From: Trichinella spiralis
Lineage: Eukaryota
Assembly: GCF_000181795.1 (NCBI RefSeq)
Contig: NW_003526944.1
Span: 677,383-741,382, forward strand
Length of the DNA stretch: 64,000 nt
Reading direction: 5' to 3'
Shown piece after piece: positions 63,944 through 64,000 of this stretch (its first letter is position 1; every line of letters begins with the position of its first letter). The translations under genes and the position numbers were made by a program. A model generated the notes under the pieces. That model was not told where the DNA came from. It ran no database searches and worked only from the letters and a program-made list of their open reading frames with translations.

Positions 63944-64000
63944 TCCAACGTTATCTTGAGTGGAATAAATTGAAAACGAATACACTTTTCAGTTATAATT

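Noticed and set aside
1..64000. Prokaryotic systems (CRISPR, defence islands, prophage), tRNA and rRNA genes
   Set aside because: The window consists of spliced eukaryotic genes; no repeat-spacer array, cloverleaf or rRNA signature was recognised by eye.

Overview
Eukaryotic, AT-rich, gene-dense window with many short (about 50-90 nt) GT-AG introns and TTTCAG/TTTTAG acceptors. Gene content (LEV-9-like protein, AP-1 sigma ending FFEDHGLG) points to a nematode; a clade I, Trichinella-like species is plausible but is inference only. I hand-spliced 14 protein-coding genes: SUCLA2 (+), AP-1 sigma (-), MED21 (+), pyrroline-5-carboxylate reductase (+), ATP6AP2 (-), MRPS14 (-), WDR44 (-), VRK kinase (-), glypican (+), a long WAP/16xCCP/Ig gene (-), a GPI-anchored LRR protein (+), an orphan secreted protein (+), an intronless TRPC-like channel (-) and RTEL1 (+). 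Best candidates for follow-up: (1) a locus joining a complete LEV-9 module (WAP + 8 CCP + furin site) in frame to a Hikaru-genki-like CCP-Ig-4xCCP module, where one intron carries an in-frame stop that could switch between short and long forms; (2) an intronless TRPC-like channel with a degenerate TRP box; (3) a WDR44-MRPS14-ATP6AP2 cluster with operon-like spacing. No tRNA, rRNA, CRISPR array or intact mobile element was recognised. Splice models and family assignments come from reading and recalled motifs, not database searches.
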